This document shows, in pieces, positions 40,283 to 49,674 of a stretch of DNA of 64,000 bases. Origin of the DNA: Terriglobia bacterium (lineage in GTDB: Bacteria > Acidobacteriota > Terriglobia > Acidiferrales > UBA7541); NCBI GenBank assembly GCA_963695545.1, contig OY968796.1:2272001-2336000 (forward strand). The letters are read 5' to 3'. The notes under the pieces are model-generated. The model worked only from the letters and a program-made list of their open reading frames with translations. It was not told the origin of the DNA and made no database searches. The translations under genes were made by a program, and so were the position numbers. Every line of letters starts with the position of its first letter. Position 1 is the stretch's first letter.

Positions 40283-41980
40283 CTAAGGGACGTTGGCCGT
40301 TGCTGGGGTCGAATACGTGCTTTCGACGTCGCTCGAATCAACCGCGGTGACAACGTAATAGTACGTCGTGCCGCCTTCAACCGACGTATCGTTATATTGC
40401 AAAGTCGAGGCCGGAGTGTTTGGGTTCAATTTCACATACCCTGAGCCTAGTGTTGTCGATCGATACGCGTAGTAACCGGTCACGTCCGGCGATACGCTGG
40501 CCGACCACGTCAGCGTAACCGACGGTTGGACGCCCGCGCCAGAGAGGGGAATCAGCAGCCCACCTGCGTTGCTTGTGATCGTGACGCCGGCGCCGGAGAC
40601 GGTCCCCAACGTCGTAGGATCGAACGTTACGGTCAGCGTGGCTGTTTGATTCGGCTGCAGGGTCAAACCATTGGATATTCCGCTGGCGCTGAATCCAGCA
40701 CCCACCGCGGATACGCCTGAGATCGTCACGTTCGAATTACCCGTGTTCGTGATCGTCGTCGGCATTGGAGTGCTGACGTTAAGGTTGGTGTTGCCGAACG
40801 TCAGACTCGTTGGGCTCGCACCTAACTGTGTGGTTGCCGCAATACCGGCTCCGCTCAGCGGGATCGTCAGCTGCGCGGGGGATCCGTTCGTTGCGAGAAC
40901 GATCGATCCGTTGACAGTTCCGCTGGTGGCGCCCGACGGCGTGTACACGGCGTTGAAAGTTGCGTTGCTGCCAGCAGCGATTGTCGTCGAGGTCGAAGGG
41001 CCTGTAACGCTGAAGCCGTTCCCTGTCACCGTGACTTGCGAGAATGCCAGCGTCGCGTTTCCGGAGTTACTGAGCATGATAGTTTGAGAATTGCTGCTTC
41101 CGACGACCACCGTGCCGAGGTTCGCAGACGTCGGGTTTGCCGAAGCCAACGGCTGAGTTCCTGTTCCGGTCAATGCGATTGTCGCTGGCGAGTTGGGCGC
41201 GTTGCTGCTGATCGAGATGTTTCCAGGGACGGTACCGCCGGCCGTCGGCGTAAATTTAGCCGTGAAGGTCGCGTTCAGGCCAGCGCCTATCACTTGACCC
41301 GCTGACAGACCGCTGATGCTGTAGCCTGTTCCCGAGACGCTGGCCACTGAAATTGTCAGCGATGCGTTTCCCGTGTTCGTGAGCGTAATCGTCTGCGGGT
41401 TGTTGGCGCCAACGGCGACGGTGCCAAAATTCTCACTAGTCGGACTGATCGTCAATTGAGCCTGAGTTTGTGTTGCCGTTCCGCTGAGAACAATCGTGAG
41501 GGGAGAGGCCGGCGCGCTGCTCGTAATCGTGATTGCTCCGCTCGGACTCCCGGCGGTGGTCGGCGCGAACACGGCATTGAACGACGCGTTTTGGCCGGCG
41601 GCGATAACCTGCCCTGCCGATAGGCCATTGACACTGTATCCGGCTCCCGAAGCGACCGCCGCTGATATCGTTACGCTGGCCGTACCGGTGTTCGTCAGCG
41701 TCACGGGTACGCTGGTGGTGGCGTTAATCAGAATGCTGCCAAAAGCGACGGTGGTCACGCTCGGCGTCAGCACCCCGACCGCGGGCGGCGGATCTTGCAC
41801 CTCTGCCTTTGTGCCTGACGCCGCGCTGGTGACTCCCGCGCAGCTCGACAGCCCTACCACCGCCAGCAGAAGTGCGAGAGGCGCGGTTAGGGCGAATAGG
41901 CCACGATAATTGCGTTCGCTGCGGGCCTTGACCGATGGGAAGACAATTGGGGAGTCCAGTCGCTGGGCCTGTGGTCTCAT
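40283..41980 (-). CDS. Lipoprotein with four choice-of-anchor-D/ASH Ig-like repeats and a C-terminal FN3-like domain
   Basis: Lipobox LSSC; four ~100-aa repeats (PTSxxFG...TLTNTGNA); C-terminal VTLTW...GYYAYRS...YYVVTAVD. Confidence 0.85.
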   Translation of the reverse strand: MRPQAQRLDSPIVFPSVKARSERNYRGLFALTAPLALLLAVVGLSSCAGVTSAASGTKAEVQDPPPAVGVLTPSVTTVAFGSILINATTSVPVTLTNTGTASVTISAAVASGAGYSVNGLSAGQVIAAGQNASFNAVFAPTTAGSPSGAITITSSAPASPLTIVLSGTATQTQAQLTISPTSENFGTVAVGANNPQTITLTNTGNASLTISVASVSGTGYSISGLSAGQVIGAGLNATFTAKFTPTAGGTVPGNISISSNAPNSPATIALTGTGTQPLASANPTSANLGTVVVGSSNSQTIMLSNSGNATLAFSQVTVTGNGFSVTGPSTSTTIAAGSNATFNAVYTPSGATSGTVNGSIVLATNGSPAQLTIPLSGAGIAATTQLGASPTSLTFGNTNLNVSTPMPTTITNTGNSNVTISGVSAVGAGFSASGISNGLTLQPNQTATLTVTFDPTTLGTVSGAGVTITSNAGGLLIPLSGAGVQPSVTLTWSASVSPDVTGYYAYRSTTLGSGYVKLNPNTPASTLQYNDTSVEGGTTYYYVVTAVDSSDVESTYSTPATANVP

Positions 41981-42279
41981 CGCACGACCAGTTTAGGAAC
42001 GCCAAAGGGGCTTCATCTACTGGTCGGAGGACCGAAGAAAGGGCAGGTAGCTGCGCCTGTTCATGGCACCGCCGATAGCTGGTCTTGAGCGCGCGGCACG
42101 GGTATCCGCCAGGCGTCGGCGTGGGTCCGCCACGCGAAGAAACTAAATGACTTACGTTCGCATCTGAGGCGCGACTGACGGCGAAACTGCGTGATGCTTC
42201 GGCACCCGGCAGCACACGACGTCAGTCTGAATTCGTGGTAGACTCTGGGTATCGTCTCGATAAACCTGCCTTCACTGGT

Positions 42280-43830
42280 ATGACCAGGGACACTCCAGCG
42301 ATTTCACGGTTCGTTGCTCCGACGACGGGTTGGTCGAACCGCGTCCTGCTGCTGGCTCTCGCGGGTATATTGTTCCTGACGTTTTACCCCTTTCAATTCG
42401 CGCCGCGGGCGACGTCTTTAGCTCACTCGTCTCCGTTCCTCCTCGGCGGCATAGCGAAGGGAGGACGGGCTCTCGAGGTCTACCTCAACATCTTGCTCTT
42501 TATGCCGTTTGGCTTCGGCGTATCTGAAAAGCTGCGCGAACGGGGATGGGGTTGGAGAGCGACCGCGCTCGCGACTTGGATCGCGGGGATCCTTCTCTCC
42601 TACGGCGTCGAATTTCTGCAGCAATACACCCCAACGCGCGCTTCTCGATGGGAAGACGTCTGTACGAACAGTGCGGGCGCGATCGCTGGTTTCATTTTGT
42701 TCGCGCTTTGCGGCAGGTTCATCGTCGAGTGGAGCTCAAGGGCGGAGTCTGCGCTTCGAGCGTCACTTACGCCTCGCCGGGCCCTCCTGCTTATTCCCAT
42801 TTATTTTGTGCTTTGGTTTGGCCTCTCGATGTGTCTGCAACGCGAAACCCGGTTGACGAATTGGGACGCCGAGTCCCGGCTTTTGGTTGGCAATGGCGCG
42901 GGACAATGGCAGTCGCCAAACTGGAAAGGATCCGTTTCCCGTCTGCAGTTTTGGAATCGGGCCCTGCCGGACGATCTCGCGCGCTCATTGACGGCGGGAG
43001 GAATGCCGGCCGGTTCTCAATCCGGCTTGCTGGCATCGTACGATTTTCTCGCACCCGCGCCAGCCCAGGATCAAACGAAATTCCTCCCCGCTCTATCCTG
43101 GTCGCCGGGTCCGCCGCCAACATCAACCCAGAGCGCGCTTGTGTTTGACAGAGGATCCTGGTTGAGCTCGCAGGTTCCTGTCTCAAACCTGGTGGAAGCT
43201 TTGGAGAAAACGAATCAATTTTCTCTTGAGTTTGCGTTCACTCCTGCGGAATCCGCTGGAGTTGACGGCGGGATTATTTCGATCTCGCCCGCGCCGCGAC
43301 GCGTTGATCTGTTCGTTAGGCAACAAGATTCTAATCTTGTCTTTTGGTTTCGCAGCGCAGTCACAGCCAGCCAGGACGGAATAATCTGGTCGATTCCCAA
43401 CACGTTCGTCGCCGGCCAGCGTCGCGATGTTCTTCTTACCTACGATGGGTCTGACGTCTCCGTGTACCTCGACGGGAAAGCGCGTCCCAACGTGTTCGAA
43501 CTCGGACCCGGAACGGTCCTCGCAGAGTCCATACGCCACGTCAAGGCGACCGAGTTCCGGGGTTATTCCTACATCTATGACGCCCTGATTTTTCTCCCGG
43601 CCGGCGCGCTCTTCGGGATGGTTGCAATTCCTGTCAGATCGCGCGTCAGCGCCGTAACAATCGTGCTGGCGATCGAATTTGTTTTGCCGCCGTGGCTGCT
43701 CGATCGAATTCTTTCGCACGTCAGCGGTCGGCCGATCTCGGTCGGAACTATATTCCTCTCGCTGGTTTTGGTCGCTGCGGGCAGCCTATGGATAAACGCC
43801 GACCGTCGACGCCCCGCTTCCGGTACTTGA
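42280..43830 (+). CDS. VanZ-family membrane protein with a LamG/concanavalin-A-like periplasmic domain
   Basis: NILLFMPFGFG, EFLQQYTPTR...DVCTNSAGA (VanZ); LTYDGSDVSVYLDG (LamG-like). Confidence 0.75.
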   Translation: MTRDTPAISRFVAPTTGWSNRVLLLALAGILFLTFYPFQFAPRATSLAHSSPFLLGGIAKGGRALEVYLNILLFMPFGFGVSEKLRERGWGWRATALATWIAGILLSYGVEFLQQYTPTRASRWEDVCTNSAGAIAGFILFALCGRFIVEWSSRAESALRASLTPRRALLLIPIYFVLWFGLSMCLQRETRLTNWDAESRLLVGNGAGQWQSPNWKGSVSRLQFWNRALPDDLARSLTAGGMPAGSQSGLLASYDFLAPAPAQDQTKFLPALSWSPGPPPTSTQSALVFDRGSWLSSQVPVSNLVEALEKTNQFSLEFAFTPAESAGVDGGIISISPAPRRVDLFVRQQDSNLVFWFRSAVTASQDGIIWSIPNTFVAGQRRDVLLTYDGSDVSVYLDGKARPNVFELGPGTVLAESIRHVKATEFRGYSYIYDALIFLPAGALFGMVAIPVRSRVSAVTIVLAIEFVLPPWLLDRILSHVSGRPISVGTIFLSLVLVAAGSLWINADRRRPASGT

Positions 43831-43945
43831 TCCGCAGCCAATTCCCGGCGGAGTCCGCCCGCTGCGATGCGTTTCGCATATAATCAAATACTCACGCGGC
43901 GCAGGCCGCGGAGCGCGCCACCACTGTGAAATCGAGGCAGATCTC

Positions 43946-44434
43946 ATGATTCTCGACGTTAACGGCATCCAGAAAATTCTCCCACACCGCTATCCCTTCC
44001 TGATGGTGGACGCCATTCTCGAAATGGAGCGCGTGAAGCGCATCGTGGGCATCAAGAACGTCAGCATCAACGAATACTATTTTCAGGGCCATTTCCCCGG
44101 CAAACCCATTATGCCCGGCGTGTTGATCATCGAGGGCATGGCGCAGACGGGCGGCTTGCTGCTGCTGCTCGAAGTTCCCGACCGCGAGAACAAGCTTCTC
44201 TATTTTGTGGCCGTCGACGACGCCCGGTTTCGCCGGCCCGTCGTGCCCGGCGATCAGTTGCGCATTGAGATGACCGTGCTTTCCTGGCGCGCCACGTTCT
44301 GCAAGCTGCGCGGGATCGCGACCGTGAATGGCGACGTCGTCGCCGAAGCCACGCTAATGTGCAAGATGGTCGATCGCGAAATGGCCGCGGCCGCAGAGGC
44401 CCGGTCCAAGGCCGAGGTGGAATCCAAGCAATGA
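43946..44434 (+). CDS. fabZ: 3-hydroxyacyl-ACP dehydratase
   Basis: LPHRYPFLMVD, GHFPGKPIMPGVLIIE, FRRPVVPGD. Confidence 0.97.
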   Translation: MILDVNGIQKILPHRYPFLMVDAILEMERVKRIVGIKNVSINEYYFQGHFPGKPIMPGVLIIEGMAQTGGLLLLLEVPDRENKLLYFVAVDDARFRRPVVPGDQLRIEMTVLSWRATFCKLRGIATVNGDVVAEATLMCKMVDREMAAAAEARSKAEVESKQ

Positions 44435-45210
44435 GCGAGATTGATCCCCGGGCAGCGGTTTCGCCGCGTGCCCGCCTTGGCGCGGGCGTGCGTGTCGGCG
44501 CGTTTGCCGTGGTTGGCGACGAAGTCGAGCTGGGCGATGGCTGCGTGGTCATGCCGAGTGCTGTGTTGCAAGGCCCCGCGCGTTTTGGCACGGGCAACAT
44601 TTTCCATCCGTGCTGCTCAGTAGGCGGCGATCCCCAGGATTTGAAGTTCGCGGGCGAGCGCACGGAGTTGGTGGTCGGGGACGACAACACGTTTCGCGAA
44701 TTCGTTACGATCAATCGCGGAACCGGGTCAGCCGGCGGCGCGACGCGAATCGGCAACCATAATTTGTTCATGGCGTATGCGCACGTGGCGCACGATTGCA
44801 ACGTAGGCGATCGCACGATTTTCGCCAATGGCGCGACTCTCGCGGGCCACGTCGACGTGCACGATCACGCAACCGTCGGCGCGTACTGCACGATTCACCA
44901 GTTCACGCGCATCGGCCGCTACGCCTACATTGGCGCGCTCACGGCGCTGGTAAAGGATGCGCCGCCGTTTTCATTGATCGTGGCCGAGCGCGAGGTTCAC
45001 TGCTATGGCCCGAACTCGGTAGGAATCGAGCGTGCCGGCTTCGGGGCCGAGCGCACCCAGGCCATCGAACGCGCATTTCGTTTGCTGCTTCGCGCGAAGC
45101 TCAACACCACGCAAGCCGTTACGCAGCTCCGCACGCAGATGGCGGATTCGCCCGACATTCGGGAGCTTGTCGAGTTTATCGAGTCGAGCAAGCGCGGCGT
45201 GATCAAGTAA
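44431..45210 (+). CDS. lpxA: Acyl-ACP--UDP-N-acetylglucosamine O-acyltransferase
   Basis: Hexapeptide repeats, PQDLKF, REFVTINRGT, HVAHDC, LAGHV, HQF. Confidence 0.96.
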   Translation: MSEIDPRAAVSPRARLGAGVRVGAFAVVGDEVELGDGCVVMPSAVLQGPARFGTGNIFHPCCSVGGDPQDLKFAGERTELVVGDDNTFREFVTINRGTGSAGGATRIGNHNLFMAYAHVAHDCNVGDRTIFANGATLAGHVDVHDHATVGAYCTIHQFTRIGRYAYIGALTALVKDAPPFSLIVAEREVHCYGPNSVGIERAGFGAERTQAIERAFRLLLRAKLNTTQAVTQLRTQMADSPDIRELVEFIESSKRGVIK

Positions 45211-45218
45211 CCCTGCCG

Positions 45219-46112
45219 ATGACCAACCCAGCCCAGCACGCTCCTTTCGCCATCCCATCGGATCCCACTGGATGGGGCTTGATCGCGGGCAACGGGCGCT
45301 TCCCATTTCTCGTGCTGGAAGCCGCGCGCAGTCAGGGAATTGACATGGCGGTGCTGGCTCTGCGCGAGGAGGCTTCGCCTGACCTTGAACGGCTCTCGAA
45401 GCGGCTGCATTGGGTCAGCCTAGGAGAACTCAGCCGAGCTCTCGAGCTATTGCATCAAGAGGGAGTGACGCGCGCCGTGATGGCCGGCCAGGTGAAGCAC
45501 AAGCAGATATTCAGTTCGATTCGTCCCGATTGGCGCTTGGCAAAGCTGCTCTTTTCGCTTCCGTTCAAGAATACCGATTCGCTCATCGGAGCCGTGGCCG
45601 GGGTGCTGAAAGAGGAAGGCATCGAGCTCGTGGATTCCACCGCGTTTTTGAAACCGCTCGTGCCCGAACCCGGTGTATTGACGCGCCGCGCCCCGGACGT
45701 CCGCGAGGCTGCGGACATCGTCTACGGCCGCACAATCGCCACAGCAATCGCCGCGCTCGATCTCGGTCAGACAGTGGTGGTGCGCGACGGCGCCTGCGTG
45801 GCCATCGAAGCCATGGAAGGAACCGACGAAACGATCGAGCGCGCTGCGCGTATCGCCGCAGGCAGTCCGCTCGTGGTTGTGAAAGTCAGCAAGCCGCGCC
45901 AGGACATGCGCTTCGATGTACCCGTGATCGGCCTCGCGACCGTCGAAGTGATGCGAAGGTGTGGCGCGACGGCCCTCGCGATCGACGCCGGCCGCACGCT
46001 GCTTTTCGATCGTCCGCGCCTCGTCGAAGCGGCAGACGCGGCCGGTGTGGCGATCGAGGCGTTCCCACCCCAGGCATCGCAGGCAGGCGATCCGCCGAGC
46101 GAGGCGCGCTGA
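45219..46112 (+). CDS. lpxI: UDP-2,3-diacylglucosamine pyrophosphatase LpxI
   Basis: GLIAGNGRFP, DLGQTVVV, EAMEGTD, KPRQDMRFDVPVIG. Confidence 0.93.
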   Translation: MTNPAQHAPFAIPSDPTGWGLIAGNGRFPFLVLEAARSQGIDMAVLALREEASPDLERLSKRLHWVSLGELSRALELLHQEGVTRAVMAGQVKHKQIFSSIRPDWRLAKLLFSLPFKNTDSLIGAVAGVLKEEGIELVDSTAFLKPLVPEPGVLTRRAPDVREAADIVYGRTIATAIAALDLGQTVVVRDGACVAIEAMEGTDETIERAARIAAGSPLVVVKVSKPRQDMRFDVPVIGLATVEVMRRCGATALAIDAGRTLLFDRPRLVEAADAAGVAIEAFPPQASQAGDPPSEAR

Positions 46113-47110
46113 TGGAAAACTCTTCCAAGGTGGCCAGTCGCGTTCGCGTCGCAGTGGTGGGCGTAGGAGATTTCGGCCGCAATCACGTCCGCGTCTACAG
46201 CGAACTTAACGAGGCTGAGCTAGTCGGCGTCGCGGATGCGGACGCCGCGCGCGCCAGCGCCATTGCGCAAGAATTCTCGGTCACAACGTTCGATAGCATT
46301 GAAGCGCTGGCCGGAAAAGTAGACGCCGTGAGCCTGGCCGTGCCCACAACCGAGCACGCGCGCCTGGGCTGCCGTTTGCTTGAGATGGGGCTCGATGTGC
46401 TCGTCGAGAAGCCCATCGCCGCATCGCTCGACGAAGCGGACGACCTCGTGCGAACGGCCGCGCGTCGCAGCAGAATTTTGCAAATCGGGCATCTCGAGCG
46501 ATTCAATCCCGGTTTGGTGGCAGTGATGCCCATGGTCAAGCGGCCGCTATATTTTGAGGTGCATCGTCTCGGGGTGTTCACGCCGCGCAGTTTGGATGTA
46601 GACGTGGTCTACGATGTTATGATTCACGATCTCGACATACTATTGGCGCTCACGGGCGAACCGGTCGTGGAGATTGACGCAGTAGGAATTCCCGTGCTCA
46701 CTGAGAAAGTGGACATCGCGCAGGCGCGTCTCGGATTTCCCTCCGGCGCCGTCGCCAATGTCACCGCCAGCCGCGTCTCCACCGAGCGCGTGCGCAAAAT
46801 GCGCTTCTTTCAGCATCACGAATACATTTCCGTCGATTTCAATCGTCAGGACGCGCTGCGCATCCGCGTGAAGGAAGCCGGCCCACAACCGAAATTCGAT
46901 TTTGAAAAGCCGGCAGCCGATCCCGAAGAGCCTCTGCGCGCCGAGCTTCGCTCGTTCTTAAATTCGGTCCGCACGCGCACCGCGCCGCGCGTGGACGGCG
47001 CCGCCGGCAGGCGCGCTCTCGAGCTTGCTGACCGGGTGATGGCAGGCATCCGCGAGCACGCGCTGCGCGTCCAATTGGCAGGCTCCGCGCTTCCCCGGGA
47101 AAACGAATGA
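46112..47110 (+). CDS. Gfo/Idh/MocA oxidoreductase (GnnA-like)
   Basis: GVGDFG, VEKPIA, GHLERFNP, DVMIHDLD, ASRVS; coupled to lpxI. Confidence 0.88.
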   Translation: MENSSKVASRVRVAVVGVGDFGRNHVRVYSELNEAELVGVADADAARASAIAQEFSVTTFDSIEALAGKVDAVSLAVPTTEHARLGCRLLEMGLDVLVEKPIAASLDEADDLVRTAARRSRILQIGHLERFNPGLVAVMPMVKRPLYFEVHRLGVFTPRSLDVDVVYDVMIHDLDILLALTGEPVVEIDAVGIPVLTEKVDIAQARLGFPSGAVANVTASRVSTERVRKMRFFQHHEYISVDFNRQDALRIRVKEAGPQPKFDFEKPAADPEEPLRAELRSFLNSVRTRTAPRVDGAAGRRALELADRVMAGIREHALRVQLAGSALPRENE

Positions 47111-48483
47111 GTCAGCGGTATATGGTTCCGAGATTCTTGGTTCCGACCGATGTGCGTCCGGTCGCCGATGGCGCGGACGGCGCCGCGCCGCCGCGGCGTC
47201 TTTCGACGTCGCTCGATAACCGCACGATCGTGCCGGCAAATCTGCCGCATCTCGAGCTCGACACGCGCTCGACGATTCCGCTGTATATGCCGCTGGACGT
47301 GTTGGCCGCGCGCATGGTGATTCCGCGCGACGCCGGAGACGCGCCTCTCGACACCGAGCACACCATCCCCGACTACGTTCCGATCACCATCACGGAGTCC
47401 CGCTTCGTCGTCCCCGAAAAAATGGCGCCGGTCGAGCTGAAGTCGAAGCCTCGAATGTCCGCCAGCGAATTGCCGGATTTGGTCGAGCCCGACGTGATGA
47501 CCACGGGCGAAGTCAATTTGATGGACACACCGGTCGAGGAGCGCATCTCGGCCTGGAAGCGGCTCTCGCGATTCGTCTCCATCGCTGCGCACGTCGCGAT
47601 CATCATTTTCATTTTCATCGAGCCGAAGCTATTTCCGTATCGCCCGCCGACCGCCGACCAGTTGAATCTCGCCCAGAATGAGCTGACCTGGGCCAATCTG
47701 CCGGCGCTCTCGAATGACACGGCACGGTCGAGTCCGCGCCCAGCGCCGCCCGGCCCGCAAGTGCGCGTCGATCCCCGCGTGCTGCAGCAGGTCACGCCGC
47801 CCGAGCCCACGCCAGAGCCCGAGCGCGCGGCGCCGAGTGAACCCGAATCCACGTTGCCGGCGGCACCAACTCCGCAGCCCCAGCAGCTTGCGCCCACGCC
47901 GCAGCCGCAACAGGAGATTCCGTCGGCCCCGGAAGCCCCGGCGCCGCAGCCGACTAATAACGGATTGATGCTGCCGAAAATTGATTCCGGCGCATCCCCC
48001 GATGATTTGCGCGCGCGTGGTGAGGGCGGAGGCACGAGCCAGGGTTTTGAAGCCCCCATGCCGGGCGCGCGCAGACAAGGCGGCGGCCAGGGATATGGCG
48101 GTGGTGGCGGTGGAGGTTATTCTAGCGGCGGCGTTCAGATGCTGACGCCCACTCAGGGCCTGGATTGGTCGGGCTATCTGGCGCGAGTTCTCGACAGCGT
48201 GAAGCGCAATTGGTACGCGATCATGCCGGAGTCAGCGGAAATGGGCGATCGCGGACGCGTGGTTCTGGATTTCAAAATCCTGCGCGACGGAAACGTTCCC
48301 GACCCTGATCCCGAGATGAGGAGCAGCTCTCAAAAGGAACCGCTGGACCGTGCCGCCGCTGGCGCAATTCGCGCCTCCAGCCCATTTGAGCCCTTGCCTC
48401 CGGAATTCAGCGGTCCTTACATCGAGCTGCGCTTCATCTTTTTGTACAACATTCCGCTCAGTGAAGCCGAGCAGCCCCAATGA
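47107..48483 (+). CDS. TonB/TolA-family energy transducer with an extended N-terminus
   Basis: TM helix with S-x3-H (SIAAH), Pro/Gln-rich spacer, C-terminal VKRNW...F.ILRDG...LDRAAAGAIRASSPFEPLP. Confidence 0.85.
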   Translation: MSQRYMVPRFLVPTDVRPVADGADGAAPPRRLSTSLDNRTIVPANLPHLELDTRSTIPLYMPLDVLAARMVIPRDAGDAPLDTEHTIPDYVPITITESRFVVPEKMAPVELKSKPRMSASELPDLVEPDVMTTGEVNLMDTPVEERISAWKRLSRFVSIAAHVAIIIFIFIEPKLFPYRPPTADQLNLAQNELTWANLPALSNDTARSSPRPAPPGPQVRVDPRVLQQVTPPEPTPEPERAAPSEPESTLPAAPTPQPQQLAPTPQPQQEIPSAPEAPAPQPTNNGLMLPKIDSGASPDDLRARGEGGGTSQGFEAPMPGARRQGGGQGYGGGGGGGYSSGGVQMLTPTQGLDWSGYLARVLDSVKRNWYAIMPESAEMGDRGRVVLDFKILRDGNVPDPDPEMRSSSQKEPLDRAAAGAIRASSPFEPLPPEFSGPYIELRFIFLYNIPLSEAEQPQ

Positions 48484-48575
48484 AGCCTAATCGCGCTCAA
48501 GTTCTGGGCGCGCTGCTTTTGGCCGCGCTCTTCGCGCTCTATTTGTTGATTCGCTACGGAAAATTCCTCGGATGA
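48480..48575 (+). CDS. Small single-pass membrane protein, 31 aa (MKPNRAQVLGALLLAALFALYLLIRYGKFLG)
   Basis: ATGA overlap with the TonB stop and ATGA overlap with the miaA start; one hydrophobic helix flanked by basic residues. Confidence 0.7.
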   Translation: MKPNRAQVLGALLLAALFALYLLIRYGKFLG

Positions 48576-49591
48576 ATCGCCCATCCCCCGCTTCGCCTGC
48601 GCCGCTTGTGGCCATCCTCGGTCCGACGGCCTCCGGCAAATCCGCGCTGAGCGTGTTCCTTGCCGAACGCTTCGGCGGGGAAATTCTCGCCTGCGATTCG
48701 ACGCAGGTCTATCGCGGCTTCGATATCGGCACTGCGAAACCTGCGGCCGCGGAGCGCCGCGGCATCCCGCATCATCTTCTCGATTTGGTCGAACCGTCAG
48801 ATCTCTTCACCGCTGGCGAGTATCGGCGCCGAGCCGAACTCGTCCTGGCCGATTTGCAGAGCCGCGGCCGCCTGCCGATCCTGACGGTCGGCACGGGCCT
48901 ATATCTTCGCGCGCTGCTCGAGGGATTGGCCGACGCGCCTGAGCGCTCAGCCGAGCTTCGCGCGCGTCTTGAGGCACGCGCCGCTGCGTGCGGTCCCGCG
49001 TATCTCCATCGCATCCTTGCGCACCTTGATCCCCAATCCGCGCGCCGCATCGCTCCGCGCGATCGTCAGAAACTCGTGCGCGCGATCGAGATATGCGTTC
49101 TCGCAGGCAAGTCCGTCACGGAGCTGCATCGTTCGGGCCGCGATCCGCTCATCGGCTTTGCGCCGATTCGCATTGGACTCAATCCGCCGCGCGCGGAGCT
49201 GCGTGCGCGAATCGAGCGGCGCACGCACGGGATGCTCGCGCGAGAATGGCTTGACGAAGTGGCCGAATTAATTCGCGCCGGCGTCCCCGCGCAGAGCAAG
49301 CCATTCGAGTTCATCGGCTATCGTGCGCTGCGCGAACATCTCGAAAGCCGCACGAGCTTGGCCGATGCAACCGCCGTGATCGTGCAGTCCACGCGCCGTT
49401 ACGCCAAGCGGCAGCTTACCTGGTTCAGGCGCGAGCCGGACGTGGCGTGGCTTGCGGGATTTGGCGACGATCCCGAAATCGCCGATGCGGCCGAACGTCT
49501 CATCGCCGCACGCCTCGTCGCGTTTCGCGCAGGCGCCGCGGAAGTTTCTTCGCACAGGCCCACCGCAGTCCATCCACGCGCGGACGTATAA
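48572..49591 (+). CDS. miaA: tRNA dimethylallyltransferase
   Basis: GPTASGKS, DSTQVYRGFDIGTAKP, GTGLY, TRRYAKRQLTWFR. Confidence 0.97.
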   Translation: MNRPSPASPAPLVAILGPTASGKSALSVFLAERFGGEILACDSTQVYRGFDIGTAKPAAAERRGIPHHLLDLVEPSDLFTAGEYRRRAELVLADLQSRGRLPILTVGTGLYLRALLEGLADAPERSAELRARLEARAAACGPAYLHRILAHLDPQSARRIAPRDRQKLVRAIEICVLAGKSVTELHRSGRDPLIGFAPIRIGLNPPRAELRARIERRTHGMLAREWLDEVAELIRAGVPAQSKPFEFIGYRALREHLESRTSLADATAVIVQSTRRYAKRQLTWFRREPDVAWLAGFGDDPEIADAAERLIAARLVAFRAGAAEVSSHRPTAVHPRADV

Positions 49592-49674
49592 TGAGACCGG
49601 TGCCGATGCTCCTCACCCCCGCCGTGCGCGACCGAATCTCTCTGCGAATTTTTCTGCGATCCAACTCACAATGA
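49591..49674 (+). CDS. Putative 27-aa peptide / hflX leader (MRPVPMLLTPAVRDRISLRIFLRSNSQ)
   Basis: TAATG overlap with the miaA stop and ATGA overlap with the hflX start; fills the gap exactly. Confidence 0.4.
   Translation: MRPVPMLLTPAVRDRISLRIFLRSNSQ

Noticed and set aside
44796..46111. Long N-terminal extensions of lpxI and the oxidoreductase in the ORF track (similarly trpE from 54632 and hflX from 49452)
   Set aside because: They are open frames overlapping real upstream genes in GC-rich DNA; family homology starts at the later ATGs
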